Below are positions 60,288 through 64,000 of a stretch of DNA of 64,000 bases, in pieces. Origin of the DNA: an uncultured Alphaproteobacteria bacterium (GTDB lineage: Bacteria > Pseudomonadota > Alphaproteobacteria > Rhizobiales > Afifellaceae). The stretch lies in the NCBI GenBank assembly GCA_963739005.1, contig CAVTYQ010000009.1:26014-90013 (forward strand), read 5' to 3'. Under the pieces are notes generated by a model. It had not been told where the DNA came from and did not search any database. It saw only the letters and a program-made list of their open reading frames with translations. A program made the position numbers and the translations under genes. Every line of letters begins with the position of its first letter. Positions within the stretch are counted from its first letter, which is position 1.

Positions 60288-61091
60288 TTGGCCGACGTTC
60301 ATTCGACCGCGATCATCGAAGATGGAGCGGTGGTGGCGGAGACGGCCGCCGTCGGTCCGTATTCGATCATCGGCGCGGGTGTGCGGCTCGGGGAAGGCGC
60401 CAAGATCCACGCCCATGCGGTTGTCGGCGGGGCGACCACGATCGGCGCCGGGACCGAGATATTTCCGTTCGCGAGCGTCGGGCTGCCGCCGCAAGACCGG
60501 AAATATCATGGCGAAGCGAGCCGCCTTGAGATCGGCAAGAACTGCGTCATCCGCGAACACGTGACGATCAATCCCGGCACCGAGGGCGGCGGCCTCGTGA
60601 CGACGATCGGCGACGATTGCCTGCTTCTCGTCGGAGCGCACGTTGCCCACGACTGTCACATCGGGAGCCACGTGATCCTGGTCAACCACGCGACCCTTGG
60701 CGGGCATTGCCGCATCGACGACTACGCCATCCTCGGCGGCCTCTCCGCGGTCCATCAATACGTACGCATCGGCGAGAGCGGCTTTGTTGGCGGGATGTCG
60801 GGCGTGGAGAACGACATCATCCCGTTCGGCTCGGCGATCGGCAACCGCGCCGAACTCGGCGGGCTCAACATCGTCGGCCTCAGCCGGCGTGGCTTCTCGC
60901 GCGATGCGATCCACCAGCTCAGGCGCGCCTACCGCACGCTCTTCGGGCCGGAGGGCACGCTGAAGGAGCGCCTCGCGGACGTCGAGCAGGAGTTCGCGGG
61001 CGACGAGAACGTGCAGAAGATCATCGACTTCATCCGCGCAGGCGGCGATCGCGCAATCTGCACGCCACGGGCGCGGAACGCGGGAGCCTGA
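60288..61091 (+). CDS. lpxA: Acyl-ACP--UDP-N-acetylglucosamine O-acyltransferase
   Basis: 267 aa, hexapeptide repeats, ...GLPPQDRKYHGE...IGKNCVIREHVTINPGT..., GLNIVGLSRRGFS. TTG start at 60288. Confidence 0.94.
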   Translation: MADVHSTAIIEDGAVVAETAAVGPYSIIGAGVRLGEGAKIHAHAVVGGATTIGAGTEIFPFASVGLPPQDRKYHGEASRLEIGKNCVIREHVTINPGTEGGGLVTTIGDDCLLLVGAHVAHDCHIGSHVILVNHATLGGHCRIDDYAILGGLSAVHQYVRIGESGFVGGMSGVENDIIPFGSAIGNRAELGGLNIVGLSRRGFSRDAIHQLRRAYRTLFGPEGTLKERLADVEQEFAGDENVQKIIDFIRAGGDRAICTPRARNAGA

Positions 61092-61096
61092 GCCCG

Positions 61097-61960
61097 ATGA
61101 GCGGGACCGCTGCGGCGACCCCGATCGCGATCCTTGCCGGCGGCGGCAAGCTGCCGCAGCTCGTCACCGCTGCGGCGCTCCGCGATGGCCGCGCGCCGAT
61201 CGTGTTCGCGATCGCCGGCGAAGCGGAGCCGGCCGCCTTCGCGCCCGCGCCCGTCCATACCGTGCGCTGGGGCGAGATCGGCCGTCTCTTCCGCCTGACC
61301 GAGGAGAGCGGATGCCGCGAGGCGGTCTTCATCGGCTCGATCTCGCGGCGCCCCGACTATCGCGCGCTCAGGCCCGACCTTGGCGCCATGAAACTCATCC
61401 CGCGCATCCTTCGGCTGATGAGCGGGCGTGACAACGATCTCCTCTCCGGCGTCGCGACGATCTTCGAAGAGCATGGCGTGCATGTGATCAGCCCGCTCGC
61501 GGTCGCGCCGGAGCTCGGGCTTACGGAAGGCTGCCAGGTCGGCGCCGTCACGCCGCAATCGGAAAGGGATATCGAGGTGGCGGCCGCGGCGGCGCGCAAG
61601 ATCGGCAGTCGCGACATCGCGCAGGCCGCCGTGGCGGTCGGCGGTCGTGTCGTGGCGGGGGAAGACGCATCGGGGACCGATGCGCTGCTTGAGCGCGTCG
61701 CCTTGCTGCGGAGCGGTGGCGCGTTCAGCGGGGAGGGCGGCGTCCTCGTCAAGTGCCTGAAGCCGCGACAGGACGGGCGCCATGATCTGCCGACGATCGG
61801 ACCGGCCACTGCGGAGGGCGCGAAGCTCGCAGGTCTTGCCGGCGTTGCCGCGGAGGCCGGACGTGCCATGCTTGTCGACCGTGACGAGACGATCGATGCC
61901 TTCCGCCGTGCCGGGCTGTTCCTGGTGGGACTGAAAGCCCCGAAACCCGGGCATGGCTGA
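61097..61960 (+). CDS. lpxI: UDP-2,3-diacylglucosamine diphosphatase LpxI (DUF1009 family)
   Basis: 287 aa, IAILAGGGKLP..., ...DIAQAAVAVGGRVVAGEDASGTDALLER..., DLPTIGPATAEGAKLAGLAGVA. Sits between lpxA and lpxB as is usual in alphaproteobacteria. Track ORF 60617 trimmed to ATG 61097. Confidence 0.88.
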   Translation: MSGTAAATPIAILAGGGKLPQLVTAAALRDGRAPIVFAIAGEAEPAAFAPAPVHTVRWGEIGRLFRLTEESGCREAVFIGSISRRPDYRALRPDLGAMKLIPRILRLMSGRDNDLLSGVATIFEEHGVHVISPLAVAPELGLTEGCQVGAVTPQSERDIEVAAAAARKIGSRDIAQAAVAVGGRVVAGEDASGTDALLERVALLRSGGAFSGEGGVLVKCLKPRQDGRHDLPTIGPATAEGAKLAGLAGVAAEAGRAMLVDRDETIDAFRRAGLFLVGLKAPKPGHG

Positions 61961-63149
61961 GCGACCGCTCCGCTTCGCGCTGATCGTCGGCGAGGAGTTG
62001 GGCGACCAGCTTGGCGCGGGCTTGATCAACTCGCTCCGCCGCATGCGACCCGAGGCGACCTTCGTGGGGCTTGCCGGCGAGCGGATGCAAGCGCGCGGCA
62101 TGGCGAGCCTTTTCCCGATGTCCGACGTCGCGGTGATGGGGCTCGGCTCTGTCGTCGCGCATCTGCCGCGGATCATTCGCCGAGTGCACCAGACCGTCGA
62201 CGCGGTGCTGGCCGCCGAGCCCGACGCGCTCGTCATCATCGACAGCCCCGACCTCACTCACGCTGTGGCAAAGCGTGTGGCGCGACGGCGCCCGAATATC
62301 CCGATCATCGACTACGTCTCGCCCACGGTGTGGGCCTGGCGCGCCTATCGAGCCCGCCGCATGATGCGCTACGTCGACCACGTGCTGGCGCTGTTGCCGT
62401 TTGAGCCGGAGGCGTATCGACGGCTCGGCGGTCCGCCCTGCACCTATGTCGGGCATCCGCTCACGGCGCGGCTTGACGAGCTGCGGCCTGCGGCGGGCGA
62501 GCGGACGCCGCTCGGCGAGCGGCCGGTGCTCCTCGTGCTTCCGGGCAGCCGCCGAACCGAAATCGACCGCCTGATGAGGCCATTCGGTGAGGCGGTGGGA
62601 AGAATTGCAGCGGCGCGCCCCGACATCGAGGTGCTGCTTCCGGCCGTTCCGCATCTCGCCGACGAGATCGCCGCGCGCGCCGCCACGTGGCCGGCGCGGC
62701 CGTTGATCGTGCTTGGCGAGGCGGAAAAGTTCGCCGCGTTCCGGCGAGCCCATGTGGCCCTCGCCGCGTCCGGGACGGTGACACTCGAGCTTGGGCTTGC
62801 CGGCGTGCCAATGGTCGTCGCCTACCGCGTCGACCCGATCGCGCGTCTTTTGAAGCCGTTCCTCAGCGTGCCCTCGATCGTGCTCGCCAATCTGGCGCTC
62901 GGCGAGAACGCCGTGCCGGAATACCTGGACGGTGACGGGTCGCCGGAGGTACTCGCACGCGAGATGCTGGCGCTCCTCTCAGACACGGAAAAGCGCCGGG
63001 CGCAGGTCGCAGCACTCGCGCGGATGACGGCCATGACGGCGCTCCCGGAGGGGGCGCATCCAAGTGACAAGGCCGCCGCGATCATCGTGGAGACGGCGGA
63101 GTATGGCACAGGTCGGCGGGCGAAGCGGCTCCGCGGCGAAGCGACTTAG
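61953..63149 (+). CDS. lpxB: Lipid-A-disaccharide synthase
   Basis: 398 aa, ...DSPDLTHAVAKRV..., YVSPTVWAWRAYRA..., LPFEPEAY..., LPGSRRTEI, ASGTVTLELGLAGVPMVVAYR. Overlaps the lpxI end by 8 nt. Confidence 0.93.
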   Translation: MAERPLRFALIVGEELGDQLGAGLINSLRRMRPEATFVGLAGERMQARGMASLFPMSDVAVMGLGSVVAHLPRIIRRVHQTVDAVLAAEPDALVIIDSPDLTHAVAKRVARRRPNIPIIDYVSPTVWAWRAYRARRMMRYVDHVLALLPFEPEAYRRLGGPPCTYVGHPLTARLDELRPAAGERTPLGERPVLLVLPGSRRTEIDRLMRPFGEAVGRIAAARPDIEVLLPAVPHLADEIAARAATWPARPLIVLGEAEKFAAFRRAHVALAASGTVTLELGLAGVPMVVAYRVDPIARLLKPFLSVPSIVLANLALGENAVPEYLDGDGSPEVLAREMLALLSDTEKRRAQVAALARMTAMTALPEGAHPSDKAAAIIVETAEYGTGRRAKRLRGEAT

Positions 63150-63155
63150 CTTGCG

Positions 63156-64000
63156 CTACGCCGCCTGATCCGCGATGCGGGCGAGGCTTTCCTCGCGGCC
63201 GAGGGCGACCAGCACGTCGAAGATCGGCGGGGAGGCGGCGCTGCCGGTGAGGGCGGCGCGAAGCGGCTGTGCCACCTTCCCTAGCTTCACGCCCTCGGCT
63301 TCCGCGAATTCCTTGCTGGCGCTTTCGAGAGCGGCCGTCTCCCAGGCTACGGTCGCAAGCTTGTCGGCGAGGCCACGCAGAAGGGCCCGCGCCTCCATAT
63401 CGAGCAGAGCCGCCGCCTTCGTATCGAGATGCAGCGGTCTTTCGGCTGCCAGGAAGAGCGACGATTGCATGAGTTCAATGAGCGTCTTTGTGCGCTCCTT
63501 CAATGCCGGCATCAGTGCCATCAAGCGCGGGCGGAACCTTTCGAGTTTGGCGGCGAAGGCGGGTCCACCTTCGATCTCCGGCAGGATCGCCTCCAGACGC
63601 TTCAAGAGATAGGCGTCGTCGGCCTCGCGTATGTAGTGGCCGTTCAGGTTCCGGAGGCGCTCGAAGTCGAAGCGCGCCGCCGCCTTGTTGATGTCGGAGA
63701 GCTCGAACCATTCGGCGGCTCGCGCGGTGGAGAAGATCTCGTCGTCGCCGTGCGACCAGCCGAGCCGCGCGAGGTAGTTTCTGAGCGCCTCGGGCAGATA
63801 GCCCATGGCGCGGTAGGCATCGACGCCGAGCGCACCGTGGCGCTTCGAGAGCTTGGCGCCGTCGGGTCCATGGATCAGCGGCAGGTGCGCCCATTCCGGA
63901 ATCGGCCAGCCCATCGCCTCATAGATGGTGCTCTGCCGCCCGGCATTGGTCAGGTGGTCGTCACCGCGGATGACGTGCGTCACGCCCATGTCGTGGTCGT
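63156..64000 (-). CDS. gltX: Glutamate--tRNA ligase, C-terminal ~281 codons (5' end beyond the window)
   Basis: ...[47 protein letters not shown] (KMSKS-type LSKRHG) plus an anticodon-binding C-terminus. The ORF is open to the window edge. Confidence 0.92.
   Translation of the reverse strand, partial: DHDMGVTHVIRGDDHLTNAGRQSTIYEAMGWPIPEWAHLPLIHGPDGAKLSKRHGALGVDAYRAMGYLPEALRNYLARLGWSHGDDEIFSTARAAEWFELSDINKAAARFDFERLRNLNGHYIREADDAYLLKRLEAILPEIEGGPAFAAKLERFRPRLMALMPALKERTKTLIELMQSSLFLAAERPLHLDTKAAALLDMEARALLRGLADKLATVAWETAALESASKEFAEAEGVKLGKVAQPLRAALTGSAASPPIFDVLVALGREESLARIADQAA

Overview
High-GC (about 65% in sampled lines) alphaproteobacterial chromosome segment with Hyphomicrobiales/Rhizobiales-like gene order. 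It is almost entirely conserved housekeeping core. Left to right: the 3' end of a Dpp/Opp-type ABC ATPase, a PfkB sugar kinase, two tandem Flp pilin genes (minus strand, too short for the ORF track), glnA-glnB (minus), nnr, tRNA-Leu, tig, clpP, clpX, lon, HU, tRNA-Val, a secreted beta-helix protein, tRNA-Asp, and the complete nuoA-N complex I operon (14.3-30.2 kb). Then come birA, RNase J, methylmalonyl-CoA epimerase, DUF1467, proS, lolC/E-lolD, an ACT-domain gene, a lower-GC two-gene islet (beta-propeller plus a small secreted protein), an SDR, dnaE, a TRAP transporter, a second lower-GC islet, DUF930, and rpsB-tsf-pyrH-frr-uppS-cdsA-dxr-rseP-bamA-lpxD-fabZ-lpxA-lpxI-lpxB, ending with the 3' part of gltX (minus). 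I saw no CRISPR array, IS element, integrase or recognisable defence or toxin system, so I do not claim a clear novel system. The observations most worth following up are: (1) three extra co-directional genes inside the nuo operon (a pentapeptide-repeat protein and an unknown protein between nuoF and nuoG, and a 71-aa membrane protein coupled between nuoH and nuoI), plus large palindromic elements in two nuo spacers; (2) a diverged fossil copy of the last ~26 codons of dnaE about 200 bp downstream of the real stop; (3) a lower-GC islet with an unknown two-gene operon, operator-like repeats and a frameshift in an A6 run; (4) an apparent +1 frameshift in the essential bamA gene; (5) orphan tandem Flp pilin genes; (6) an orphan minus-strand terminator upstream of proS. 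Many long ORFs in the track are antisense or 5'-extended artefacts of high GC, and I trimmed or rejected them.
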